NCBI GenBank assembly: GCA_032718475.1 | Contig: JAUCBJ010007434.1 | Location: forward strand, 1-33,279 | Length of the DNA: 33,279 nt | Reading direction: 5' to 3' | Origin: Nemertoderma westbladi | Lineage: Eukaryota > Animalia > Xenacoelomorpha | In this document: positions 1-11,960 of the stretch, piece by piece | Numbering within the stretch: position 1 is the stretch's first letter | Layout: each line of letters opens with the position of its first letter | Translations under genes and position numbers: made by a program | The notes under the pieces: generated by a model | Seen by the model: only the letters and a program-made list of their open reading frames with translations | The model's database searches: none | What the model was told of the DNA's origin: nothing

Positions 1-92
1 GATTTCACATTTTTTTATATAATTTCAAAAAATACTAGCTAGTAATAAAAACACTAGGTACCATAAAAAACATATCTAATAATATTCTAGAA

Positions 93-1346
93 TACAAGCT
101 CACACAACACACTGGTCACACAAGCTATAGCAGTGCCAATTTTTTTAATATCAAGGGGGATTAAACAATGGGGATGAGGTGCAAATGGAAACATTACGTT
201 TTAAATCTTCATTGGAGAGTAACTAAATTTTATCTGAAATTGATTTGGATAATTTGTACCAAAATGCTGTAGGTAGGATAGTTGGCTGGATAACATAAGG
301 TATCAAGTAGTATTTCCTGGTCTACTTTTTACCTGAGCAACTAGCAGAAAGGTTAGAGCACCAGACATCAAAACCTGCAGGCCACCAGGTCGATCCCAAC
401 TAGATGTAATTGCCGACTTGGCTAAGCTGTGCCCAAGAAGGTTATCACATAGTATAATGTCCAAAGTGAGAGACAATTTAGAACCCAGCAATAATGTAGG
501 TCTGAGAGGAATGTCAAAGGTACTTAATTTAAAAATGGTGAAGTTAGAAAAGTTGACCGAAATCTGCATTATTTATCAGAGTCAAACAATCTTTCTGAAA
601 CATCAAAATCTATGGATGTAAGTGCCTAAATAGAGTAGACTTACAGATATAGGGAGAACAGAAATAAAAACAGTATTACCCAAAGGAAGAAAGTTCAGCC
701 CTTAGTAATATAAAAATTGCAGGAGGAGGCATAGTTATAATTCACTTGTATGAAAATCTTGAATAGTTAGAAAGAAGGTTGATTTTACAACAATGTTAAT
801 AAAGTACAATTGAACACATACAATTCAAATGATGTAGACTCTTTCCAAATGCTCCATGCTTGTAATGATTTTAATACTCGGCGTCAGTTATAAAGTAAAG
901 TTTATAAATGATAATCTACTTGTTATATGATGTAGCTGCATTAACTATATTCAGTATTACAGTTTTATTGTATACTTACAGTAATACAAATTCAGCAACC
1001 TTTGTTGATTGTCTCATGACCCATGCCTTGAGTTACTGGTACAGGTTGCATGTGGACACTTCACCTGCCCTGCACCTGCACATAAACAGCACTTTTTCAT
1101 AACACTACCAGGCCTTGAGGCAGGGTCTGGACGAGGTCTCTTCCTTGCTCTACTAGTTGCATTTAAGTTCATATAATCACATATGCTCAGATATCTACAT
1201 TCTTGTATTACCACAACTGGAAACCATATAAATCAGGTAGAACTACTTTGAATAGTACTTTATTTATGATTATTTCAGTAATGCAGGAAATAGTGCTCTA
1301 CCAACCTCAACAAGATACATTGCCTTTCTTTTTTTTCAGTAGTGGT
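93..1346 (+). repeat. Left arm of a 1,254-bp near-perfect inverted duplication
   Basis: Reverse complement of 5524-6777. Mirrored ORF coordinates all sum to 6870 (303+6567, 569+6301, 1203+5667), so there are no net indels. I noticed one mismatch (~1334/5536). Confidence 0.97.
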
Positions 1347-2775
1347 GATATTGATATTGAAGTCATTTATCCGAAACATTTATCCACCAAATGATGTGCT
1401 ACTTACTTGATGCTCCACATCACCACCACAAATGTATTTTTCGTTAGGGCCTCTCACTTTCGTGGTTTTATTTTTTCCATGACTGTCCACTGAGCGAATG
1501 AACTCAGAACGAAAAAGGAAGCCCATTTCTTCCCCTGGAATTTATTCCTTGAGAGGGGTTTCGATTTATGTTATGCTCAGAGCGAGAAAGGGTAAGCTAC
1601 AGGGGGAGTGGTGGGATTCCCTCGAGTTAACCAGTTGTAATCCACAACCGTATGCAACCCACAGGGTGATTGTGCATGATGCTGGAATAATTCAATCAAC
1701 ACATTATAATAGATAGGGGTGCAGAATGCTCTAAACAAAATTATTTTAACACCAGAGACTAGAGAGCAATAAACAAAGTTACGAACAAGGAAATTGCCCC
1801 TAGCATATAGACAGTGAGTTTGCTTTAGAATGTCAAAGTCGTCATCAGTAGTAAATTAGTATATAGTAGGTCTATATAAGTGGTCAGTAGACTTACCAGA
1901 CCAGTATATAATTATATGTAATCCTCAAATTACGATCATACACACCACTTGCTAGATGTACAGGTACTGATATTCAGTTAATGTTAAGAAACACTACTCT
2001 GTAGGCCTACATAGTACATCCCTGCCTGCATTCTGCCCTTTTGCAATCTGGAGTCCTGCTGTCCTGCATACAACCATGTACATCTTGGGCACGAACTGAA
2101 ATTAAATGACTAATGTGGCTGTTTAATTAAACTGACTATGTGGACTATGTAATAATGTAAGTTGTGGCTCTCTTCAACAAAGAGGATTACATTGCCAGTC
2201 GCTGAACATTCATCAGCTTATCTTTACTTACTACTTTACTTATTTACTGCTAAACTTTAATCAATGAATTATGACACTATTCCAGGACATGAGCACTGTA
2301 ATGTACAGTGCTCTGTTGGTACTAGTACTTGTTGGTACTAGTACCAACAAGTCACTAAATGTTTGAAGAATAACTGCGGTGTAACTGGTGCAATATCGAC
2401 AGGGACACCTTTTTCAAACGCTTGTAGCTAAAGAATGAAAGCGAAAATTAAAATTCTGGCTCACCCAGCAAGGAGGAGGGAAGTGAAACTATCTCTGTTT
2501 CACATTTCATACAATCTCATTAAGATTTGTAGAAAAATTTGGGGGGGGGTGGCAGGTACCTGAATAACGACACTATATTCCAGGACATGGTGTATCGATA
2601 TCATATATTATCTAGATTCAGTAAAACTAACAAAATTCACACAAAGTTACATTATTAGGTTATACAATGGAGAGTTCCCGCTGTAACACAACATAGGCAA
2701 ATTATCAGTACATGACAGTTTATCAATATACTGAAAGTTCTTTTCATTAATAATTATAATCATGTTGTTGCATCA

Positions 2776-2991
2776 TCACATTGTACAGACAAATACGTTG
2801 TTGTATAAATACAAACAGTCTAACAGTCTTTTTAAATTGCATCTATTAGTTAGATAAAAAAAACTCTCTACAACCTCAGGGTCTGCAAAAAACTTTGAAA
2901 GATCATCCAAAAGATCGATCCGGTTTCTGATTGTGCCACGACATTTAAAGATGTGATGGACTTCATCCTCAACAGAAAACCACTTTTTCAA
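2776..2991 (-). pseudogene. Degraded 3' remnant of a non-LTR retrotransposon ORF2 (C-terminal Cys/His knuckle region)
   Basis: Peptide VEDEVHHIFKC resembles the (CxxC)...EDExHxxxxC motif at the C-terminus of many LINE ORF2 proteins. No RT domain is preserved upstream. Confidence 0.4.
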
Positions 2992-3582
2992 TAATTTTTA
3001 TGTAAAATCTAAATTTACACATGCAAGACGTTACTGAAAGTACTCAATAACACCAGATTTTGAAAGTCCTTGTAAAGTCCTTGTAAGATATGACTATTAA
3101 AAAAAAATATTTTAATTCGGACCATATCCTAACGAAATTAGTTTGTTTTTCAGAAATTAAGAAAAAAGTTTATTTCAAAAATACTGTCATTTTTTTTGGC
3201 AAAATTTAGCAGTATGCGGCACTACGTCACTTTTTTTGGCCAATTTGGACACATCTGACCTACTGTGCATTCATTGGCAGCTAGATGAATGGATCATTAG
3301 AATTTTATATTAGGATTGTATAACTCACGTTGAGTATTAAAATCATACCAAGCTTTTAGCATTTCGAAAGAGTTTACTTAATTTATATATCATCTTAATG
3401 CAATTGTCTTGAATTTGCTTCAATTTAATTTTAATTTTTTGATGGCATTGAACTCGTTATCTTGATCTTGCCAAACACCCATAAGTGAGGCTGAAATAAC
3501 TGAAATGTTTTGTTAAATGTGTTTAACAGTTTTTTTCATATACCAGTAACTAATTCTGGAAATATAGGTATAAAGAATTATC

Positions 3583-4156
3583 TTCAATTGTATTATATTA
3601 ACATTGTTGTAAAATCAACTTTATTTCGAACTATTCATGATTTTCATATAAGTGAATCATAGCTACCTGCTATTTTTATAATACTAGAGGTGAACTTTCT
3701 TCCTTTGGGTAATACTGTATTTATTTATGTTCTCCCTGTATCTGTAAGTCTACTCTAGTTAAGCACTTAACATCCATAGTTTCTGATGTATCAGAAAGAT
3801 TATTTGATTCTGACAAACAATACAGCTTTCATTCAACTTTAAGTACCTTTTTGACATTCGTCTCTGACCTACATTATTCTATATGATAACTTTCTTGGGC
3901 ACAGCCTAGCCAAGTCGGCAATTACATCAAGTTGGGATTGACCTGGAGGCCTCCAGGTTTGATGTCTGGTGCTCCAACCATTCTGCTAGTTGCTCAGGTA
4001 AAAAGTAGACCTTGAAATACTACCTGATACCTTATGTTATCAAGCCAAGCTCTCTATCCTATCAACAGCATTTTGGTACCATTTCTCTAAATCAATTTCA
4101 GATAGAATTTAGTTACTCTCTTATGAAGATTTAAAACATACTGTTTCCATTTGCAC
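3583..4156 (+). repeat. Older, diverged direct copy of 6056-6691 (inverted relative to the left arm)
   Basis: Shares blocks such as ACATTGTTGTAAAATCAAC, TGAACTTTCTTCCTTTGGGTAATACTGT and TTCTGCTAGTTGCTCAGGTAAAAAGTAGACC, with many substitutions and indels. A further piece at ~3319-3378 matches ~5978-6037. Confidence 0.9.
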
Positions 4157-5523
4157 TGCAGCCTTGTTCCATCCTGCTCGACAATTAAAAAAAATTTATA
4201 ATCAAACTTTTATCAAAAGCCCTAGCAAAAATAGGGATGAATGAATGTGATTTGTATCCTGGAATACTGGTTCTATTGTAATATAATTTGTAGTTTTTAG
4301 TACACCAGTTTACATCAGTACTGTCATTATTACATCAGTTTCATATTTTTCAAAAACATGTGCATGTTTGAAAGCAATATCAATAACTTTATCCTTTAGT
4401 TTATTGGTCAGAGCATTATTGTCAAAAATTAGTTGTTTTAAATCAATACTGTTCATTTGATATTTGGAGTTGTCTTGAGTTTATAACACATTATAACTAA
4501 TATCATACATATAATACAAACATATTATAACACTACTTATGAGGAATAGAAGAAGACTAATAGGAATATTCAAGGACAATTAGTTGAGGGTGATTTCATG
4601 ATTACAATTATTTTATTTTAAATATTTGCTATTGTCAATTCAGAAATCTAGAATATGAACTATATCATAATTGGCAATATAATTATACTGATGTTTACTG
4701 CCATGCATTATTCAATTTGATTCAGAGAAAAAAATTTAGGTAAACCAAATCCAAAGTTTGTAAAAGTATAAATTCAAAACAAGTATTCTAGATCATTACA
4801 AAAATGGAAACGAAACTAGTATGTTATGTGCACTAATTTTGACCAGATATTCATAAATAAAATATTACATAAATATATTTATTTAATGTTATCATTAATA
4901 ATGAAACTGCAAAGTACTGAATACTGAGAAATACCAAAGAATTCCCTACAGCAGCACAAATGAATATGATAATTTGTGATCAGTCTGGTAAACAGAAAAT
5001 GTGGTACAGTTGGTCAACACTTAAAGACTTCCAATTGTAACATAGTTGGCCAACACTTACAGACTTCCAATTGTAAATTCACTTATGATATGATGCCACT
5101 CAGGGGTTCCTCATTTTTTCAAAATATAATTTATTACAGTTGCATTATCAGGTCAATCACAATTCATTTAAATTGATACCACTTGCTGAAACTACTTTAG
5201 TGAAAAAAATTAGACAAGTTGGTGTTGATTTATGAAAAATATCATACCTGGTTTGTGCTGGTCTCAAACAATATTTATAGGATTTAAACATGGTGAATAT
5301 CATAAATAGACCAGACCCTCTCCACTTGGCAACTGGACTAGTAATTACTGCCTCATTGAAGCTGGTGCTGGTTGTTATTACATTTATCAGCATAAATGTT
5401 TCTTACTCAGGATAATGTGATGATCATCAGTCTAGACTCACTTTGACAACTTGGACCCAAATGGGTGGCTGAATTGTTTTTCTGAATTGGCTGAATTGGT
5501 GGTTTCTGGATTGGTGGTTGGTA

Positions 5524-6777
5524 ACCACTACTGAAGAAAAAGAAAGGCAATGTATCTTGTTGAGGTTGGTAGAGCACTATTTCCTGCATTACTGAAATAA
5601 TCATAAATAAAGTACTATTCAAAGTAGTTCTACCTGATTTATATGGTTTCCAGTTGTGGTAATACAAGAATGTAGATATCTGAGCATATGTGATTATATG
5701 AACTTAAATGCAACTAGTAGAGCAAGGAAGAGACCTCGTCCAGACCCTGCCTCAAGGCCTGGTAGTGTTATGAAAAAGTGCTGTTTATGTGCAGGTGCAG
5801 GGCAGGTGAAGTGTCCACATGCAACCTGTACCAGTAACTCAAGGCATGGGTCATGAGACAATCAACAAAGGTTGCTGAATTTGTATTACTGTAAGTATAC
5901 AATAAAACTGTAATACTGAATATAGTTAATGCAGCTACATCATATAACAAGTAGATTATCATTTATAAACTTTACTTTATAACTGACGCCGAGTATTAAA
6001 ATCATTACAAGCATGGAGCATTTGGAAAGAGTCTACATCATTTGAATTGTATGTGTTCAATTGTACTTTATTAACATTGTTGTAAAATCAACCTTCTTTC
6101 TAACTATTCAAGATTTTCATACAAGTGAATTATAACTATGCCTCCTCCTGCAATTTTTATATTACTAAGGGCTGAACTTTCTTCCTTTGGGTAATACTGT
6201 TTTTATTTCTGTTCTCCCTATATCTGTAAGTCTACTCTATTTAGGCACTTACATCCATAGATTTTGATGTTTCAGAAAGATTGTTTGACTCTGATAAATA
6301 ATGCAGATTTCGGTCAACTTTTCTAACTTCACCATTTTTAAATTAAGTACCTTTGACATTCCTCTCAGACCTACATTATTGCTGGGTTCTAAATTGTCTC
6401 TCACTTTGGACATTATACTATGTGATAACCTTCTTGGGCACAGCTTAGCCAAGTCGGCAATTACATCTAGTTGGGATCGACCTGGTGGCCTGCAGGTTTT
6501 GATGTCTGGTGCTCTAACCTTTCTGCTAGTTGCTCAGGTAAAAAGTAGACCAGGAAATACTACTTGATACCTTATGTTATCCAGCCAACTATCCTACCTA
6601 CAGCATTTTGGTACAAATTATCCAAATCAATTTCAGATAAAATTTAGTTACTCTCCAATGAAGATTTAAAACGTAATGTTTCCATTTGCACCTCATCCCC
6701 ATTGTTTAATCCCCCTTGATATTAAAAAAATTGGCACTGCTATAGCTTGTGTGACCAGTGTGTTGTGTGAGCTTGTA
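5524..6777 (-). repeat. Right arm of the 1,254-bp inverted duplication
   Basis: Reverse complement of 93-1346, with identical translated ORFs on opposite strands. Confidence 0.97.
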
Positions 6778-7061
6778 AACAATTTATTAATTTAAACACT
6801 ATTTATTAATTAATATGTTTATTGTAAATCGACTAAATTGCTGGTGTCGGACAGACGCAGCAAAATAGACTCCTCCTCAGACAATTAAATATTGTTTTCC
6901 TAAATGAGTTGTTTGGACGGTTGCCTTTTCTCCCCCTATGAGAACATCGAAAGTTACATCGAAAGTTACACAGACAGTTAACCTTTGTGAGCTCTCCTGT
7001 ATTTTCTCTACTGACCCCGACTTCGACTTCCAGACTATCACTTTTTGTTGTCCCGATGTCT

Positions 7062-7364
7062 CTATGTTCTTTCACCCATTGCAATATTACATGATACCCC
7101 GACTTCGACTTCCAGACTATCACTTTTTGTTGTCCCGATGTCTCTATGTTCTTTTACCCATTGCAATATTACATGATACCGAGTTCGATGCATATGGGGC
7201 CCACAAATATCATTTAGATAGAGATATAACTCTTCTTCATCCCCATTGAAGTCAATGAAGCGATTAACGAGCTGATAAGCGTATTTGATTTTCTTTGTCC
7301 CCAGCCGCTTGGAGAATTCCCGACCAATCTCGGAAACCTCGATGACCTTTGATGATTTGTACAT
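7062..7364 (-). CDS. BAF (barrier-to-autointegration factor)-like protein, copy 1; C-terminal tail frameshifted (possible pseudogene)
   Basis: ATG start. The BAF pattern V-x4-[EG]IG-x4-KRL-x7-AY-x5-F-x5-DE...L-x3-CG...W aligns ungapped to human BAF 20-68. An 82-bp tandem duplication (7014-7095/7096-7177) shifts the frame, and the original tail continues in ORF 6833-7123. Confidence 0.7.
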   Translation of the reverse strand: MYKSSKVIEVSEIGREFSKRLGTKKIKYAYQLVNRFIDFNGDEEELYLYLNDICGPHMHRTRYHVILQWVKEHRDIGTTKSDSLEVEVGVSCNIAMGERT

Positions 7365-8539
7365 TATTATTCGTATTCGTATACAAAGATGAATAGTTTG
7401 TGTACAGTAGGCCTAGTCTTAGCTTCCTTACATTAATATTTTCTTATTAAATAATCCCAAACAAATATAGCCTAGCTATGTAATTATATCCCTACAGTAT
7501 GCTATGCGAGCTAGCAGTGACCGTAGATGAACCTACACTGGCACTGTCTGGGTGGGAGACAGTAATTTGTTATAAAACAAATTATCCATAGTTTATGTAT
7601 AATTTTCTACAGTACCGTAGATGGACTATATTTTTCTCCTTTCTATTCATTCCATTATTAGATTATATCAAAACAGATAAACAATAGCATTTCCTATGAA
7701 GTTTGATGTCAGTTGGTATTATGATACCTCCTACGCTCTAACACTTCCTTTCTATGACCCCTCACCGCCTCTATCATCATTTCCCTTCTATCATGTTGGC
7801 ACTCCAAAAGGCAGCAGGTGCTCAACGTCCATTTGTTCCCTTGCACCTATCATATGGAGCTGGTGATGGTGCCATACCTCTTCCTCCATCACAACCGAAT
7901 TATTTATAAGGAATTTTGTAGTAATTATTTGACTTATTTTTAAATTTTACAAATTACTTAATCTCATATTTATGGTTTTAGTTGTTTATAACCCGGGATA
8001 TAGTTGACATATTCAATGAAATTAATAAGCAGGTCTGTAACTTACTTATAGCCACTATAAAGAATGTGAATTAGTTACTCAGGCAGGCTCAGAAACTTTG
8101 ACCAACATGACCCATGGAGTTGTTGGACTTAATCTTAATGCAGAAGTAAAAAGCAAAGAGAGGTACAACTTTTGCTAAATAACATTAAATAATAAATTTT
8201 TGTTTGAATTTGTATGCATTTAATTTATAATAGCTATACTCAGATAATTTATCAGTATATATAATTACATTAAATGTAACTAAATTATCTTGCAAGCCCT
8301 ATTCCTATGAAGTTTGAAGTCAGTTGGTATTATAATACCTCCTCCTCTCTAACCTCTATCCTCTCTAACACTTTCTCCCTATGACCCCTCTCTGCCTCTA
8401 TCATCATTTCCCTTCTATCACGTTGGCACTCCAAAAGGCAGCAGGTGCTCCGCATCCATTTGTTCCCACCGCACCGATCATCTGCAGCTGGTGGTGGTGC
8501 CACACCTCTTCCCACATCACCACGTTTTCCTCTCTCTCT

Positions 8540-8890
8540 TTCAGGGGAAACGAGTTCGATGGTTGGGGTGGAGGAGGAAGGTTGGGCAGTATGCGAGTGT
8601 TGGGCAGTAGGCGAGTCCCTCTCCGTTGCCGACTAAAAAATAATATAAATAAATAAAAACAAAGTGAGATTCAGGATATTGCGTTTAATATGAAATTCGA
8701 AAACCCCATCGAATTCCGTTTATTCCTCCTTTCAGGAGAAACGAGTTCGGTGGTTGGTGTGGTGGAGGGAGATTGGGCAGTAGGCGAGTCCCTCTCCGTC
8801 GCTGACTACAAAATAATATAAATAAAAACAAAGTGAGATTCAGGATATTGTGTTTAATATAAAAATCGGAAACCCCATCGAATTCCGTTT
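8540..8890. repeat. Dimer of a ~165-185-bp unit (TTTCAGG.GAAACGAGTTCG...GAATTCCGTTT); also at ~11165-11515, ~16315-16673, ~20756-21114
   Basis: Two adjacent diverged copies sharing GGGCAGTAGGCGAGTCCCTCTCCGT and AAACAAAGTGAGATTCAGGATATTG. Confidence 0.85.
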
Positions 8891-8951
8891 TTAATTCTCA
8901 TTTCTCCGTAAATTTTTTCTCTTTTTCTTCCTCTCCTTCTCTTTCATTTCT

Positions 8952-9335
8952 CTAAGTAATGAAATTTAATTAATTGCTTTTGGGTTATGTTCTACTTCGT
9001 TAAGTAATGGAATGTAATTAATTGATCTTGGGTTATGTTCTACTTTGCTAAGTAATGGAATGTAATTAATTGCTTTTGGGTTATGTTCTACTTCACTAAG
9101 TAATGAAATATAATTAATTGCTTTTGGGTTATGTTCTACTTCGCTAAGTAATGGAATGTAATTAATTGCTTTTGGGTTATGTTCTACTTCGCTAAGTAAT
9201 GAACTGTAATTAATTGCTTTTGGGTTATGTTCTACTTCGCTAAGTAATGAAATGTAATTAATTGCTTTTGGGTTATGTTCTACTTCTCAAAGTAATGAAA
9301 CGCAATTAAATGCTTTTGGGTTATGTTCTACTTCT
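8952..9335. repeat. 48-bp minisatellite, 8 units
   Basis: Unit consensus CTAAGTAATG(G/A)AATGTAATTAATTGCTTTTGGGTTATGTTCTACTTCG. Confidence 0.95.
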
Positions 9336-10085
9336 CTGTTAGCGCATTTGATAAAATATATTCTCTCAATCTCAATTTTGTATATTTGACTTTTTATTAA
9401 CTATCGCAGGGTTCTCATGCAAGTGGGCCTTGGATCGCTGGTCTGATACAATGAGCGGAGTTGCGCTAGTATACCTTTAACAAAGGGCCGCTCACTGGAT
9501 CGATTTATCCCCCCCTTTTAGTATTCCCCTTTATGTATTGATTTGCTCTATAACTTATTTGGTTCAATACGGTATTTGATTATCTATTGTATTTAACTGA
9601 GATATGATACCGGGAGGGTGTGGCAATACAGTATAACAAGCAAACGACTGACTAATTAATTATGTAAGGACTCAGAGGAAACCGTATTGTAACTTGTCTT
9701 TATGTCTAATTGTATTGATATTACTACCGTAATCAATTTATGACAACTCTCAATCGTGATACAATTAATAATAAGAGACTTGATTGTAATTGTGGTCTGT
9801 AATATCGCCATATATTAATTATTTAGTGAATCAGAGGTACGACAATACACAAATCTGATGCAATTGTCCAGATTATCACTAATACTTAGTTATAGTGACC
9901 CACCTGTTATGGCGCGTGTAAAATCTCTTGATTTCGAAATATCGGCGATATATTAAACAAACAAAGAGTAAATTGAGTTTAACGACAGAATATCAATTAA
10001 TAATGAAATTATAATGTCACCAAGACACAGATATTAACGGGAAAAAATGTGTTAAGTTACGAAATAAAGGCATGTAATAAATGCT

Positions 10086-10267
10086 AAAGGTAGCATGCTG
10101 TAGACGAACTTCGCATCGTCCATTTTATACTTCGGCTTGATCCTGAACTTTGGGTGATTTTTTCGATCAATCCTGTCTGACTCTTTTCCAAATGCATTTT
10201 GCATGGTGGTGGTGATTTCTGATGGACCGCCGCTCTTGCATCGACCTCGATAAAGTACTTGAAGGGC
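10086..10267. other. 182-bp segment flanked by a 15-bp direct repeat (CATGTAATAAATGCT); also at 12711-12892; absent from units II and III
   Basis: Direct repeats at 10071-10085 and 10268-10282. The corresponding sites at ~17860 and ~22412 have one copy of the 15-mer and no insert. Confidence 0.85.
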
Positions 10268-11576
10268 CATGTAATAAATGCTGATCATCAGTAATCTGAC
10301 CAACGTCCATAAAGCCCTGCATTGGAGAAAGCTCCGCTGCGGTATGCAAATGTTAAGATATAGAAGAAACATTTGACCAACAGAAGCTATATATATAGCA
10401 GGTTTACTCAAAGCAATAATATGGACCAATAAGACGTCAGGAATCTCAGTGAACAATTCCTTCACAATTAGAATATGGGTATAATGGCACTAGTGGCATG
10501 AAAAACCCTTACCAGAGAATAATCCAACAAGGACAGATAATATTAATAAATTTTTTTAAACTGGCCCTCCAACATGGACCTACTGACTTACATATCTGTA
10601 CAGTGTACATTGACTTAGCAGCTATGAACTACCTAGGTATGGTAGCTATTAATTAATATTAGCTTTGTACGTCTGTAACTTACCAATAGCCACTAAAAAT
10701 AATAATATGAGTTAGTTACTCAGCCAGGCTCAGAAAGTTTGACCAACATTGCCCATGGACTTTATCTTAATGCAGAAGTAACAAGCAAAGAGAGGTACAA
10801 CTTTTGCAAAATAACTTATTAATAATTACTTACTATTTGTATGTATTTAATTTATAATAGCTTTACTCAGATAATTATCAGTATATATAATTATATTAAC
10901 TGTAACTAAATTATCTTGCTAGCCCTATTCCTATGAAGTTTGATGTCAGTTGGTATTATGATACCTCCTACTCTGTAACCTCTCCATGCTCTAACACTTC
11001 CTCCCTATGACCCCTCTCTGCCTCTATCATCATTTCCCTTCTATCATGTTAGCACTCCAAAAGGCAGCAGGTGCTCAACGTCCATTTGTTCCCTTGCACC
11101 TGTCATATGCAGCTGGTGGTGGTGCCACACCTCTTCCCACATCACCACGTTTTCCTCTCTCTCTTTCAGGGGAAACGAGTTCGATGGTTGGGGTGGAGGA
11201 GGAAGGTTGGGCAGTATGCGAGTGTTGGGCAGTAGGCGAGTCCCTCTCCGTTGCCGACTAAAAAATAATATAAATAAATAAAAACAAAGTGAGATTCAGG
11301 ATATTGCGTTTAATATGAAATTCGAAAACCCCATCGAATTCCGTTTATTCCTCCTTTCAGGAGAAACGAGTTCGGTGGTTGGTGTGGTGGAGGGAGATTG
11401 GGCAGTAGGCGAGTCCCTCTCCGTCGCTGACTACAAAATAATATAAATAAAAACAAAGTGAGATTCAGGATATTGTGTTTAATATAAAAATCGGAAACCC
11501 CATCGAATTCCGTTTTTAATTCTCATTTCTCCGTAAATTTTTTCTCTTTTTCTTCCTCTCCTTCTCTTTCATTTCT

Positions 11577-11960
11577 CTAAGTAATGAAATTTAATTAATT
11601 GCTTTTGGGTTATGTTCTACTTCGTTAAGTAATGGAATGTAATTAATTGATCTTGGGTTATGTTCTACTTTGCTAAGTAATGGAATGTAATTAATTGCTT
11701 TTGGGTTATGTTCTACTTCACTAAGTAATGAAATATAATTAATTGCTTTTGGGTTATGTTCTACTTCGCTAAGTAATGGAATGTAATTAATTGCTTTTGG
11801 GTTATGTTCTACTTCGCTAAGTAATGAACTGTAATTAATTGCTTTTGGGTTATGTTCTACTTCGCTAAGTAATGAAATGTAATTAATTGCTTTTGGGTTA
11901 TGTTCTACTTCTCAAAGTAATGAAACGCAATTAAATGCTTTTGGGTTATGTTCTACTTCT
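11577..11960. repeat. 48-bp minisatellite, 8 units
   Basis: Copy of 8952-9335 at offset 2625. Confidence 0.95.

Noticed and set aside
303-621. ORFs in the inverted-repeat arms (303-569, 418-621, 908-1102 and mirrors)
   Set aside because: Their identity merely reflects the recent duplication. The older copy at 3583-4156 has indels across the 303-621 region, and no family is recognised.
5005-5076. 36-bp tandem duplication (AGTTGG.CAACACTTA.AGACTTCCAATTGTAA)
   Set aside because: A two-copy local slippage duplication with no further structure.
6938-7249. Plus-strand ORFs MRTSKVT... (6938, 14279, 14767, 19249)
   Set aside because: These are antisense shadows of the BAF-like ORFs.
8330-8656. Short ORFs at 8330-8656, 11007-11261, 16106-16412 and 20547-20873
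   Set aside because: They overlap in several frames within a repeat, stops and frameshifts differ between copies, and there is no recognisable domain.
8977-8987. TTTTGGGTTA as telomeric repeat
   Set aside because: It occurs once per 48-bp unit, not as a tandem telomere tract.
8952-9335. Regularly spaced repeats resembling a CRISPR array
   Set aside because: The units are contiguous 48-mers with no unique spacers, there are no cas genes, and the context is eukaryotic.
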